From: a virus
Lineage: Duplodnaviria > Caudoviricetes
Reading direction: 5' to 3' (one strand)
Virus record (IMG/VR): IMGVR_UViG_3300012940_000030
Location: 1-55,307 of that record
DNA length: 55,307 nucleotides
Shown: piece after piece, positions 1 through 8,771 of the stretch
Layout: each line of letters begins with the position of its first letter
Position numbering within the stretch: the stretch's first letter is position 1
The notes under the pieces: model-generated
The model's input: only the letters and a program-made list of their open reading frames with translations
Database searches by the model: none
Told to the model about the DNA's origin: nothing
Made by a program: the position numbers and the translations under genes

Positions 1-111
1 ATTCGTGTTAGCTCTTGCTTTAACGGCGGTCACAGCATCGAGAGCCGGCGCTACAATGAGGCGCTGTTTGCCCTTAAGGTGAAGCTAGAGCGCGCCGAGG
101 CGGCGCAGTAG
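1..111 (+). CDS. 3' end of a hypothetical protein (partial)
   Basis: Open frame from base 1 to TAG at 109-111, in line with the downstream small-gene operon. Confidence 0.5.
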   Translation: MRVSSCFNGGHSIESRRYNEALFALKVKLERAEAAQ

Positions 112-125
112 AAAAGGCCCGAGGC

Positions 126-434
126 ATGAACAAAGAGCAGTACGACAATCTGCAAGAGGCTGGCGTCGTTTCTCCCGCTGTTGAGCGGGCAATGGCGCAC
201 TTCCATAAGGCCTCTGATGAACTGATGACCGAGCGCGTCAAAACGCTCGAAGTCGCGCTCTGGAGGCTGGCCAACGAGTGTGACGGCCTGCGCGCCTTCG
301 AGGATGAAATCCGCGCTGCGGCAGGCAACACAAACTGGGGCGTTCTGCGGCTGCGGGTTGATGAGGCACGGGAAGCGCTCAAGAGCGTGCCAGAGGACGT
401 CTTGCGCGCTCTTGCGTCGAAGGCGGCAGCGTGA
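126..434 (+). CDS. phage hypothetical protein
   Basis: GAGG RBS, ATG, 102 aa, GTGA overlap with the next gene. Confidence 0.7.
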   Translation: MNKEQYDNLQEAGVVSPAVERAMAHFHKASDELMTERVKTLEVALWRLANECDGLRAFEDEIRAAAGNTNWGVLRLRVDEAREALKSVPEDVLRALASKAAA

Positions 435-718
435 TGGTGCATCGCTTCCCCAAGCATCAGTTCCCCGGCCTCGTGGATGACATGCACGATTGCTTCAAGC
501 GCCATAACGAACTGATGCAGGCGGCGACGGACGCCCGCATGGGAATAGACATGCTCTGTGTCGCGCTGCGTGACAATCGGCCCACGCCGTATCCGTCTCG
601 GGAGAAGCTGTTGGAACGTCTCAAGGTGCTCGCTGAAATTCTCAACAGGGTGGCGCCGCGATCACCGCTACGGGAAAGTAACTTTGACGCTGCGGGCGAA
701 CCTGCAAAAGATATTTGA
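431..718 (+). CDS. phage hypothetical protein
   Basis: 95 aa, translationally coupled to the previous ORF. Confidence 0.65.
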   Translation: MMVHRFPKHQFPGLVDDMHDCFKRHNELMQAATDARMGIDMLCVALRDNRPTPYPSREKLLERLKVLAEILNRVAPRSPLRESNFDAAGEPAKDI

Positions 719-721
719 CGG

Positions 722-958
722 TTGGAGACGAGCATGCGGCCGACGATCACTCTCACCCACTATGACCGCGGCCCGATGCAGGTAGCCGTGTGGGACGAGG
801 CAACATGGTGGATGCGTAAGCGCCAGTGGACGTGCCCCGACGACGAGGAACTAGGCACTTTCGAGGACGAGGACTTTGACGAAAGCAAAGACCAGATCGA
901 AGCCCTCTTATCCGCCGTGGCGCGAGCCGATTATGCGGGAGCTACGCGAACTGATTGA
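722..958 (+). CDS. phage hypothetical protein (acidic)
   Basis: In operon; likely ATG at 734 after GGAG. Confidence 0.6.
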   Translation: METSMRPTITLTHYDRGPMQVAVWDEATWWMRKRQWTCPDDEELGTFEDEDFDESKDQIEALLSAVARADYAGATRTD

Positions 959-1059
959 GTGGCACGAGACGTTTTCGAGGCGCCCAGACGCCGCCGAAGT
1001 AGACGAGAAAAGTCGCCGCTGGCTGAGAGAGCCGCGGTAGTCAACGAAAGGCCCGAACC

Positions 1060-1308
1060 ATGGCTGCTGTTACGGACGACATCATCTGGAACGCAAGCAT
1101 CAAGGCTTTCCGGCAGGACATTGAGGGCCGTCGCGACCGCGCGATAACGAGTCTTAACGGCCTCCAAAACAAGGACGGCCTTTACGCCTCCGAGCACCGG
1201 AAGCTCTGCCGTCTTTACGGTGACGTTCTCGACGTGATCGAAAAGCACGAGAAAAAGTCCGTGCCGCCACCGCCGCCCAATACTCCCAGCGTGAAGGGCG
1301 GAACCTGA
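1060..1308 (+). CDS. phage hypothetical protein
   Basis: 82 aa, AAAGG upstream, helical-looking sequence. Confidence 0.6.
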   Translation: MAAVTDDIIWNASIKAFRQDIEGRRDRAITSLNGLQNKDGLYASEHRKLCRLYGDVLDVIEKHEKKSVPPPPPNTPSVKGGT

Positions 1309-1516
1309 ACCCCTCAATAAAGGCCCAGTATCGTTTTTCACACGCTGGAACCATTTTTCACAGACACGGCACTCAAGGCACCAACAATCCACCTCCCGCC
1401 ACCTTGAGGCAGCATCCCGCAATTCTCCCGGCAACACCAGTTTATGCAAAGTGCCTTTTACGTAGTCTGGCTTAGTGGAAACGATACTTTCCAAACAGGA
1501 AAAGGTGGCGGCAACG

Positions 1517-1792
1517 ATGGAATGCAAAACCTGCCACGGAACCGGGATGACAGACGGAGCGCGGTGCTTGGCGTGCGACGGCTGGGGCCGTGTTCCTGAA
1601 GTCGATAGTCAGCCGCACACCACCTACCGCCACCCTGAGGCAGGGCCCGAGTTGCAACAGCACAAACAAAAACCGCCCCAGGATACTCCTAGAGCGGCTT
1701 TAATTGTTCCGGCTATATCGGTATCGCCCAGGCTTCAAATCGCCGCGAGCGGATACGCCAGGGTCACAGAGCCGCGATTACCCCGGCGGTGA
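1517..1792 (+). CDS. small DnaJ-type zinc-finger protein
   Basis: CKTCHGTG...CLACDGWG = two CxxCxGxG motifs; the 3' part overlaps the terminator and is doubtful. Confidence 0.5.
   Translation: MECKTCHGTGMTDGARCLACDGWGRVPEVDSQPHTTYRHPEAGPELQQHKQKPPQDTPRAALIVPAISVSPRLQIAASGYARVTEPRLPRR
1667..1702 (-). terminator. rho-independent terminator ending the late/lysis operon
   Basis: Minus strand AAAGCCGCTCTAGGAGTATCCTGGGGCGGTTTTTGTTTG: hairpin plus U-tract. Confidence 0.7.
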
Positions 1793-1819
1793 AGCAACAA
1801 ACCCAAAACACCCCCCATG

Positions 1820-2116
1820 CTAGTGACCTGGCAGTAGAGCGTGCGCCTGTTCCCATGAGAGTTTCCCCAGAGCCACCGCCGCCACTAGCCCGATTCCCCA
1901 GGCTGCCGGGGCGAGTTCCTTCCACGGAACTACCGACAGCCACCCGAGTTTGCCGCGCTCTAGGTGTGCCACTCGTTCGCTCAGCGCCTCCAGCTTCTCG
2001 TCTTGTCGCTCCGTTCGGCCGTCGATCCGCTCTAACATCCGGGTTTGCTCGATCAGGATACTGAATAGGTCTGGGGGCGGCCATGCCGGGTGCCCATTCC
2101 AGTGTCGCATCTTCAC
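1820..2116 (-). CDS. holin-like / lysis-cassette membrane protein
   Basis: Coiled-coil segment then hydrophobic C-terminus; last gene of the lysis cluster. Confidence 0.55.
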   Translation of the reverse strand: MKMRHWNGHPAWPPPDLFSILIEQTRMLERIDGRTERQDEKLEALSERVAHLERGKLGWLSVVPWKELAPAAWGIGLVAAVALGKLSWEQAHALLPGH

Positions 2117-2144
2117 CCCCGAATGCCATATCCATGACGGAGCC

Positions 2145-2558
2145 TCAGAATGGGTTCAGTGATTTGCGGATGTAGTCCAGCGTGTCTTCTACCGGGCGCG
2201 CCTGCCGCTGAGCTGATGACCTACCCCCGCTTTTCTTCGGTTGGATGCGCTCTGAGACGGTCTCTGCCTGGGTCTCGCCTCCCGGCGTCCAGTGTAGGAG
2301 ATAACCAACGGGGTCGTATCTCTCGGCAATGATGCCCGCCACGAGCATGAACACGAACAGGGCGAACGTGGCGTCCTTCCGCTGGAATATCCACTCGCAC
2401 CCGGAGAAGAACTTGGCAGCGCCCTTGCTGGCCACCCCGAGCACAACAGAGGCAAGGCCGGATAGAAACTGCATCGTCAGCGTTGGAAAGAAGAACAGTC
2501 CGGCCACGGTCGCAACACCACCCAGGCCAAGGCTTCCCAATAGGGTCCAGAAGATCAT
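2145..2558 (-). CDS. multi-pass membrane protein of the lysis cassette
   Basis: MIFWTLLG..., 2-3 hydrophobic segments, ATGA overlap with the endolysin. Confidence 0.65.
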   Translation of the reverse strand: MIFWTLLGSLGLGGVATVAGLFFFPTLTMQFLSGLASVVLGVASKGAAKFFSGCEWIFQRKDATFALFVFMLVAGIIAERYDPVGYLLHWTPGGETQAETVSERIQPKKSGGRSSAQRQARPVEDTLDYIRKSLNPF

Positions 2559-3892
2559 GGCTGCACCCGCTTTCCGCCGTTCTGTGAGCGCTGACGGAGA
2601 ACGCGATAGAGGGCCGTTGCGGCGAGTACGGCCGTCATCAGGAACGCCAGCTTGGCGGGCCATGACAGGCCAGCCGTCTGCACTATCTGCTGAGCTGATC
2701 CGACAGTTGTAGAGGTTTGCTCTGCCACGAGCGGGAGGGCATGAACGGCCCCGGAGATGCCGCCCGTGATGTCATTCCAGTAGCTCGCCACGCCGCCAAC
2801 TAGGGCTGCGAACCAGGCGTAAATCTGCATCGTGATCGACGGCGAGTCCTTTGCCACATCACGATAGCGAACCGTGCCGTTAGGCTGGCGCTTGTCTGGG
2901 ATCGGGCGATTGATACCCAGAGCCTTCGATTTGATCTGAGCGAACGTGTACCACTTGCGAACCGTAGAGTTGCTGACGTTGCCCTCTACGCACTCAATGC
3001 GTTTGCCTTCGAGGTCTACGGTGACGACGGTTCCGGTGTGGCCCTGCCACAAAGAGTTGCCTCGGGCCCAGACAAGGGCGTCACCACGACGGACTAGCTC
3101 GGGCTGATCCTTGTCGATCTGGATTCCGGGAGCCGCACCCGCTCCGGTTCTGACCAAGTTGCGGGCCACAAGAATGTCATCGTTGTCCTTGTCTTCGACT
3201 TCCGCGCCGCACTTCTTGCGAATGGCTGAGACCGTGAGCTTGCACCACGCCGTCTTGTCGTCCTCCATGCGGGGAAGGCCCAGCGTGTCGTAAAAGTCAT
3301 CCATGAACTGGTAGTTTCCCGGTCCAGGCTTCTCCCCCTTGCCGACGTAGGTCAGGGCCATGTCGGCAATCCGGTCGCCTAGGTCATTGGACGGACCATC
3401 TGCGGCCGGAATGCGGAACGGGATGCGCAGCCCCTTGCGTGCGGATGCAGGAGTAGGGAAGGCCAGGGCGTGCGCCTGCTTCCACTCCTTAGCCGTCATC
3501 GGGTACTCTTTGCCCGCCTCGTGGAAGGCCATGGCTTTGGCGAATTTGATTCCCGTCGATGGCGCGCGAATGTAGGCTGCGGTAAGCGTGTCGGACTCAG
3601 AGAGACCGGTGCGCTTGCAGACGACCTTGCAGTAGGTGTCAACGTGGTTGCCGCCAGACCAGCGCTTCAGAGCGTTGCGAACGGTCAACCCTGTGTAGCG
3701 CGTGGCCAGCAGATCGAATTGAGCAGCAGCACCCTGCACCTTCGTCGGGAAGGTTGCGATGGTGTTGCCCTGGCCGTCGTTGAGCGTTGTTTCCTCGCTC
3801 GCGCCGAACTTGCGGGCACTTGACGTCGGGCCGCCTAAAGCCATGGCGCCGGGATTGGAATGACGCAGGCTCGCGGGTTCGATGAAGGCCAT
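2555..3892 (-). CDS. multidomain endolysin (lysozyme-like N-domain + CHAP/TIGR02594-like peptidase + C-terminal membrane helices)
   Basis: SLRHSNPGAM motif; TAWC...GD.LVW.RG...QGHTG...EGN CHAP signature; hydrophobic C-terminus; GAGGGAG RBS. Confidence 0.75.
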   Translation of the reverse strand: MAFIEPASLRHSNPGAMALGGPTSSARKFGASEETTLNDGQGNTIATFPTKVQGAAAQFDLLATRYTGLTVRNALKRWSGGNHVDTYCKVVCKRTGLSESDTLTAAYIRAPSTGIKFAKAMAFHEAGKEYPMTAKEWKQAHALAFPTPASARKGLRIPFRIPAADGPSNDLGDRIADMALTYVGKGEKPGPGNYQFMDDFYDTLGLPRMEDDKTAWCKLTVSAIRKKCGAEVEDKDNDDILVARNLVRTGAGAAPGIQIDKDQPELVRRGDALVWARGNSLWQGHTGTVVTVDLEGKRIECVEGNVSNSTVRKWYTFAQIKSKALGINRPIPDKRQPNGTVRYRDVAKDSPSITMQIYAWFAALVGGVASYWNDITGGISGAVHALPLVAEQTSTTVGSAQQIVQTAGLSWPAKLAFLMTAVLAATALYRVLRQRSQNGGKRVQP

Positions 3893-4002
3893 TGGCTCCC
3901 CTCGATTGCTATTTCAGGATTTAGGTTGTTGTGATGGTGGTCGCGACCATGGAACGGGTGCGCGGCAACCAGTGGCGCCTTGGCCCTGCGTAAAGCAGCG
4001 AA

Positions 4003-5061
4003 CTACCCGAGAACGTAGGCGCGGAATCGAAACGTCTTGAGAGGCGTGTAGCTGATGCGGATGATGCCTTGGCGTCCTGCGCCGCCTGCTGCCGCACCGA
4101 ACGTGGGATTGCCGCAACCGCCGCCACCGCCGCCGCCGTACAGACCGCCGGCTGACCCTGGCTGCGGACCTAAGACGTTGTTGACAGGGCACCCACCCCC
4201 TGAGCCGCCACCACCAGCGCCGGCACTTGATGGTGTTGACCAGCCTGTGCCATTGCCTCCCGGCGTGCCGGCTGTACCTGCTGATCCGCTCGGAGAGCCG
4301 CCAGCACCGCCACCGGGAGAGCCACCAGCACCACCCGTGTTGCCGGCCACGGTGTTGACGCCAGTGCCCCCGTTTACGCCATTCGATCCATTGGAGGCGC
4401 TGAACGCTGCGCCGCCGCCAGAACCGCCCTGGCGCCGCGTATTGGAGCCGGCCGTGCCGTTACCGGCGCCGCCGTTTCCGCCAGAGAAGGCGCCTGTGCT
4501 AGGCGTGCATGACGCCGCCTGACCGCCCGTTGTGCCAGACGCCGACTTGGCGATGCAGACAGAAGCAAAGTTCGTATCGGAGCCGACGTTGATGGTGTAG
4601 GAAGCGGAGCCTCCCGGCGTGAGCGTGACGTTTGAAACCGTGGCATACGCGCCGCCCCCTCCGCCGTTGCCAGATGCACCGGAGCCGCCTGCTGTGCCGT
4701 TAGCGCCTGAACCTAGGCATTCGATCTGGTTGTCGCTGTTGTTCCAATCGGCCGGGACGGGCCACGAGTTGGTGCCAGTCGTGGTGAGGTATACGAACGT
4801 GGTGTAGGCCAGGAGCGGTCGAAGGGATTTGCCAGACGAGTCTTCTGCCGAGGCGACAATGCGTGCGCCCAGCATCGCCTTTGTCGGCTTGTCGTAGGCG
4901 ATCTCGTACGTGGTCGTAGCGAGTCCGGCGAGCGGGCCAGACGCCATGACAACAGACGCGATGATGGTGCGAACCTTTGCGCGTCCGCCGCGCCAGCGCT
5001 TCTGCGGCTTGATGCCGTGACGTCTGGCGATCTCGACTAGATCGCTAGTCTGTTTGTCCAT
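4003..5061 (-). CDS. glycine-rich fibre / receptor-binding protein
   Basis: GGGGGAY...YGGGGGGG...GGAGRQGIIRISY pattern typical of phage Gly-rich fibre domains. Confidence 0.75.
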   Translation of the reverse strand: MDKQTSDLVEIARRHGIKPQKRWRGGRAKVRTIIASVVMASGPLAGLATTTYEIAYDKPTKAMLGARIVASAEDSSGKSLRPLLAYTTFVYLTTTGTNSWPVPADWNNSDNQIECLGSGANGTAGGSGASGNGGGGGAYATVSNVTLTPGGSASYTINVGSDTNFASVCIAKSASGTTGGQAASCTPSTGAFSGGNGGAGNGTAGSNTRRQGGSGGGAAFSASNGSNGVNGGTGVNTVAGNTGGAGGSPGGGAGGSPSGSAGTAGTPGGNGTGWSTPSSAGAGGGGSGGGCPVNNVLGPQPGSAGGLYGGGGGGGCGNPTFGAAAGGAGRQGIIRISYTPLKTFRFRAYVLG

Positions 5062-5401
5062 CGGTTGGCTCTTCAGGCTGTTCGGGTAGAGAATCTTCGG
5101 TTGGCGGCGGCGGGATCGACAATTCGTCGAACGCCATAGCCAACGCTTCAAAGACCTGCGCCGCCGTGACCACGCTGCCGTCTGTCAGAGTCCAGGATTT
5201 GTCCGCGATATCCGGCCAGGCCTTGCGTGTGACTGTCACGACGGGGACGCCAACGGGCGAACCGTCTTCGAGGCGCCAATACCTCTCGCGGTAGATATCG
5301 ACGTACGGCGAGGCTTCGCGTGGCACGTAGCCGTCAAATCGAAACGTGCGTTCTACCTTTCGCGCCACAAGAGTTGTGACGTCGACGTCTTCTATCGCCA
5401 T
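5045..5401 (-). CDS. hypothetical protein (tail module)
   Basis: AGGAG RBS, 118 aa, in operon. Confidence 0.7.
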   Translation of the reverse strand: MAIEDVDVTTLVARKVERTFRFDGYVPREASPYVDIYRERYWRLEDGSPVGVPVVTVTRKAWPDIADKSWTLTDGSVVTAAQVFEALAMAFDELSIPPPPTEDSLPEQPEEPTDGQTD

Positions 5402-5411
5402 GCTGCGGCTC

Positions 5412-6077
5412 CTAAGTCTTGATGCACTTTAGGGAGAGCGTCGCGAACTTGATCGCGCTGTTGCTGTCGATGTTGAAGCCGAACACGTCGCCCGCGCTGA
5501 AGGTGGTCGTCCATCCCGTGAGCGTCGAGGATTGGCCCTTTATGGCAGCGCTGATCGTTGGCTTCGCAGACGCGGCGATCGAGTCACCGACTGTTGGCGG
5601 GTAGTTCGCATATGTGTCTTTCCAGACGTCCACGACCATAGACCCCGACTGGTCGCCTACAAGTGTCCAGCCGATGATCTCGCCATCGAAGTCAACGGGT
5701 AGGTACCCGCCGACGCCCGTAGCAATTGCCGCCCCACCACCATTGAACTGGACGACGATATCAACCACTTGGATAATGTCAGCCCGTAACGGCGTTATGA
5801 TCACCGTCGGCGCCGTTGTGAAGCTGACAGCAGCGTTGCTGTTAGAAGACTTCAGTGGCGTGCGCGACAGCTCACCAGCACCGGAGTCGTAGACCCCGTA
5901 TCCGATCTCCCATTCCGTGCGCGTCGCATTCTCCGCACGATACGGATATGTCTTGCCGTTGACGGCTCCCGCATCATCAAGATTCAGAAACCCTTGATCT
6001 GCGGTCCCGTCTTCAAACGCACCCGTTCCCGTATTTCCAGCGGTAAACCGGCAGATATCCAGCAGATCGGCCATCAT
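5412..6077 (-). CDS. virion structural / fibre-associated protein
   Basis: EWEIGYGVYD...LSRT..KSSNSNAAVSF motif seen in alphaproteobacterial phage structural proteins. Confidence 0.7.
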   Translation of the reverse strand: MMADLLDICRFTAGNTGTGAFEDGTADQGFLNLDDAGAVNGKTYPYRAENATRTEWEIGYGVYDSGAGELSRTPLKSSNSNAAVSFTTAPTVIITPLRADIIQVVDIVVQFNGGGAAIATGVGGYLPVDFDGEIIGWTLVGDQSGSMVVDVWKDTYANYPPTVGDSIAASAKPTISAAIKGQSSTLTGWTTTFSAGDVFGFNIDSNSAIKFATLSLKCIKT

Positions 6078-6376
6078 TCACCCCGCTCGTTCGCGGGATT
6101 GGCCTTCAGCCTGAACTCGCCCTGAGCCGCGGTCGCCTCTGGAGAGGTTGAGCGCAAGAACCAATAGACGGTCCCGGGATCGGCCGGGGACGAATCCCAC
6201 GCGCCCGACCATTCGCCACCGTCCTGTGCCAGTGTCACGTCATCGAACTTCTCGCACCCACAGCGCGTGTATCGAACACGCATCGTGGCGCTCTCTGGAA
6301 CCGTCACGTTCCTATCGACATCACGAAACTGGATGCCGAAGAATTGCACGGTCGAGCCGCGCGTGATCTCAATCAT
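6074..6376 (-). CDS. small beta-rich structural protein (BppU-N-like adaptor)
   Basis: ITRGSTV N-terminus, beta-strand pattern, ATGA coupling. Confidence 0.6.
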   Translation of the reverse strand: MIEITRGSTVQFFGIQFRDVDRNVTVPESATMRVRYTRCGCEKFDDVTLAQDGGEWSGAWDSSPADPGTVYWFLRSTSPEATAAQGEFRLKANPANERGE

Positions 6377-6378
6377 TG

Positions 6379-7044
6379 TCAGTGTCTCACTTTGACATCG
6401 ACGGAACCGGAGCCCATCCCGGCTTTAGGGCGTGCGGATCGGAGGCCAATAGCAACGTCACCGGCTCCGATGTTGGATAGCGGCTTGATCGCCCGGAGCC
6501 CTACACTCGCGCCACCACTGCCAATCCCGACAACGGCAGACGTTGGGCGCCGCCAGTACGTTGGCGTCATGAACTCATCAAGGTAGACGCTCAACGCATC
6601 CTGTCTCGATAGGGAGACCAGAATTGCGATGGCTTCGTCTAGGACAACATCTAGGTCGTCAGCGCGGGATAGACCGGCGAGGACCGCGATGCTTTCCGCG
6701 AGGTCCAGCCCAACGCTATCGCTGCGGGTCAACTGCCCAAGGATCGCGAGGACATCATCAACCGCGACGACAACCTCATCAGACCGGGACAGTGAGGCCA
6801 GGATGGCGAGGCTATCTGCTACCGCCACCAGCAAGCTATCGGAGCGGGACAACGCAACACCAATGGTCCCCATCGTGTCCGCCAGCGTTACGTCAACGCT
6901 ATCGGATCGATTCAGGATGACGAGATATGATGCCGCTTCATCGAGAAGGACGGCGAGCGAGTCGGAAGCAGATTTCTCAACAACAAGCGAACTGCTTGGG
7001 ATTTCGCCAAGCGCCAGCTCGCCTATGGCGCCGTGTCCAAGCAT
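6379..7044 (-). CDS. repeat-containing fibre shaft protein
   Basis: MLGHGAIGELALGE N-terminus and ~7 tandem ~19-aa L(S/T)RSD repeats. Confidence 0.7.
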   Translation of the reverse strand: MLGHGAIGELALGEIPSSSLVVEKSASDSLAVLLDEAASYLVILNRSDSVDVTLADTMGTIGVALSRSDSLLVAVADSLAILASLSRSDEVVVAVDDVLAILGQLTRSDSVGLDLAESIAVLAGLSRADDLDVVLDEAIAILVSLSRQDALSVYLDEFMTPTYWRRPTSAVVGIGSGGASVGLRAIKPLSNIGAGDVAIGLRSARPKAGMGSGSVDVKVRH

Positions 7045-7047
7045 CTA

Positions 7048-7431
7048 CTAGCTTCCGATCTGGACCGTCAGCGTCACGTCCAAAAGCCATGATTGGGTCG
7101 CGGCCTTCGTGCCGAGTGACTCAACCTTTCGCGACAACATCACACCAGCCGTTGCATGATTGGCTACGCACCACTCATTCCACGCCCAATTGGCGTCACC
7201 AGTTCCGAACAACGACCGGAACGAGATCACGTTGTCGGTGCGCTGCGGATATGTTGCCTCCATTCCGCGACGGAGCTTTGACCCGCCTTGCAGATCGGTT
7301 TGTGCGGCGTCAAAGGCTGTGTTCGAGTTGCCGGACCCGAGGTACGCATTCGAGTTGTCGAAATGCGTTGGCGCGCTGTCGTTGATGATCGCCTGAGCAA
7401 TCCAGTTTCGTCCAACTGTCGTGAGAGGCAT
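7048..7431 (-). CDS. tail fibre-associated structural protein
   Basis: LTTVGRN...QTDL...ANWAWNEWCV motif of phage fibre N-terminal domains. Confidence 0.7.
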   Translation of the reverse strand: MPLTTVGRNWIAQAIINDSAPTHFDNSNAYLGSGNSNTAFDAAQTDLQGGSKLRRGMEATYPQRTDNVISFRSLFGTGDANWAWNEWCVANHATAGVMLSRKVESLGTKAATQSWLLDVTLTVQIGS

Positions 7432-7434
7432 CTA

Positions 7435-7656
7435 TCAGCCCTCGCCTTCTATCGTTTCAATTGGCGTCTTGCCGGGGATGAACTCCCCGTCGAACTTCTG
7501 AAGCTTGTATCTGATGCCAACCTTGACCTTCACGCCATCGATCTGACCTGACCGAGCGGAGACAATCGCTCGCTCGATCTCGTCTGCTTTCTCAGGCCAA
7601 AATGGGCGGATTTCGTCGGCTATGCGCTTTGCGCGCTCGATGTCAGACTCTGCCAT
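7435..7656 (-). CDS. hypothetical protein
   Basis: 73 aa, tightly packed in operon. Confidence 0.65.
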   Translation of the reverse strand: MAESDIERAKRIADEIRPFWPEKADEIERAIVSARSGQIDGVKVKVGIRYKLQKFDGEFIPGKTPIETIEGEG

Positions 7657-7659
7657 GCC

Positions 7660-8616
7660 CTAAAGCCTCACGTACCAAGTGCCCAACCTATAGGGGCTCA
7701 TGATGTTGATTGGGGTCTCTGATCCGCCAAGCGAGACGGTGACTGTGTGGGAGTGGTTGCCAGCAGCATCTGTTAGCTGGCTCGTCTCTCCGGCATAGGG
7801 CCGATTATCACCGCCCGTTGAGGTGCCGCCGCTGCTGTTGCGTCTGACATACACGTGCTGGTGACTGCCCGTCGTGTTCGTCGTGCCGCTCAGCGAGACG
7901 TTCGGTAGATGGCCCTGCGCCAGCGTGCGCTTTTCTGACCCGCCCGATGAACCAGCGGCAGTTGGCGTTCCGTCCACGATCCGGCCCGCCGCGCCGTTCC
8001 CCATGTCGTCCAAGCCCATCGGGCCATAGCCGCGCATATCGAGGATGGCGATGGGCTTGTTGGCCGCGAAGTCAGCAGACGCTGTATCACCGCGGCCACC
8101 TGTTACCGGGCACAGATCATCGCTGTAGTTGTTCCACAGGAACTCATAGAGCGACTGCGTGTCGGCGTTCGCGCGCTCGGATGCACCGGAAGAAACGGAA
8201 CCGATGGTGCGTCCGTTCATTCGGACCCAGCCGGCCCGCGCACCAGTCTTTGGAACCCAGATCGGATCACCGGTCTGGAAGATCGCGTTCGGGTCTACAC
8301 TGCCGCCACCTCCGCCGCCCTCGCCGGTAGAGGGGCCGACTGCCTGGATAGATGGCACGTCGAAATAGATCACCGCACCGGCCGCGTCCGTCATGCGCAC
8401 GCGATACTGACCGTCTGGGAGCCAGAAGGGGGGGAACATCCCGTTGCTGTCTGTGCGCAACGGCCACTCGTGCGCGACGGATAACCCGTAATCCTGGTAC
8501 GCTATCTCTGGGTCCGACGTATTCGCGGCGAAGATGGACAAAGGCGCATTCACAAGGGGTTTTCCCTCGGAATTGAGTCTTTGTGACATCGCGAGCGAGA
8601 AAATAGTGCCAGCCAA
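7660..8616 (-). CDS. tail fibre protein with tail-collar-like domain
   Basis: N-terminal particle-binding-type domain (GKPL..A.L..FAANT); GWVRMNGRTIG...DMRG collar motif; H-x-H repeats. Confidence 0.8.
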   Translation of the reverse strand: MAGTIFSLAMSQRLNSEGKPLVNAPLSIFAANTSDPEIAYQDYGLSVAHEWPLRTDSNGMFPPFWLPDGQYRVRMTDAAGAVIYFDVPSIQAVGPSTGEGGGGGGSVDPNAIFQTGDPIWVPKTGARAGWVRMNGRTIGSVSSGASERANADTQSLYEFLWNNYSDDLCPVTGGRGDTASADFAANKPIAILDMRGYGPMGLDDMGNGAAGRIVDGTPTAAGSSGGSEKRTLAQGHLPNVSLSGTTNTTGSHQHVYVRRNSSGGTSTGGDNRPYAGETSQLTDAAGNHSHTVTVSLGGSETPINIMSPYRLGTWYVRL

Positions 8617-8771
8617 GGCGGGCTCCTATTGCTATCTTGTGAGTTGTTGCGGATTTACACTTGACGCAGCGCGAATACGCGCAAACATGCGTAATACATT
8701 GTTTTTCCGCGCTTTTTGTTTCGCGCGCATTTGAATAGAAACGGGGGTCGCCATTTCAGGCGTGCAAATCG

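Noticed and set aside
1444-1463. Extra repressor operator ATGCAAA...TTTACGT
   Set aside because: Spacer is 6 nt rather than the 5 nt of the other operators; may be chance
1700-1765. HDV-like ribozyme after the lysis genes
   Set aside because: Could not build the nested P1/P2/P3 pairing
4003-8616. Diversity-generating retroelement or invertible tail-fibre switch
   Set aside because: No reverse transcriptase, invertase or TR/VR repeat pair seen
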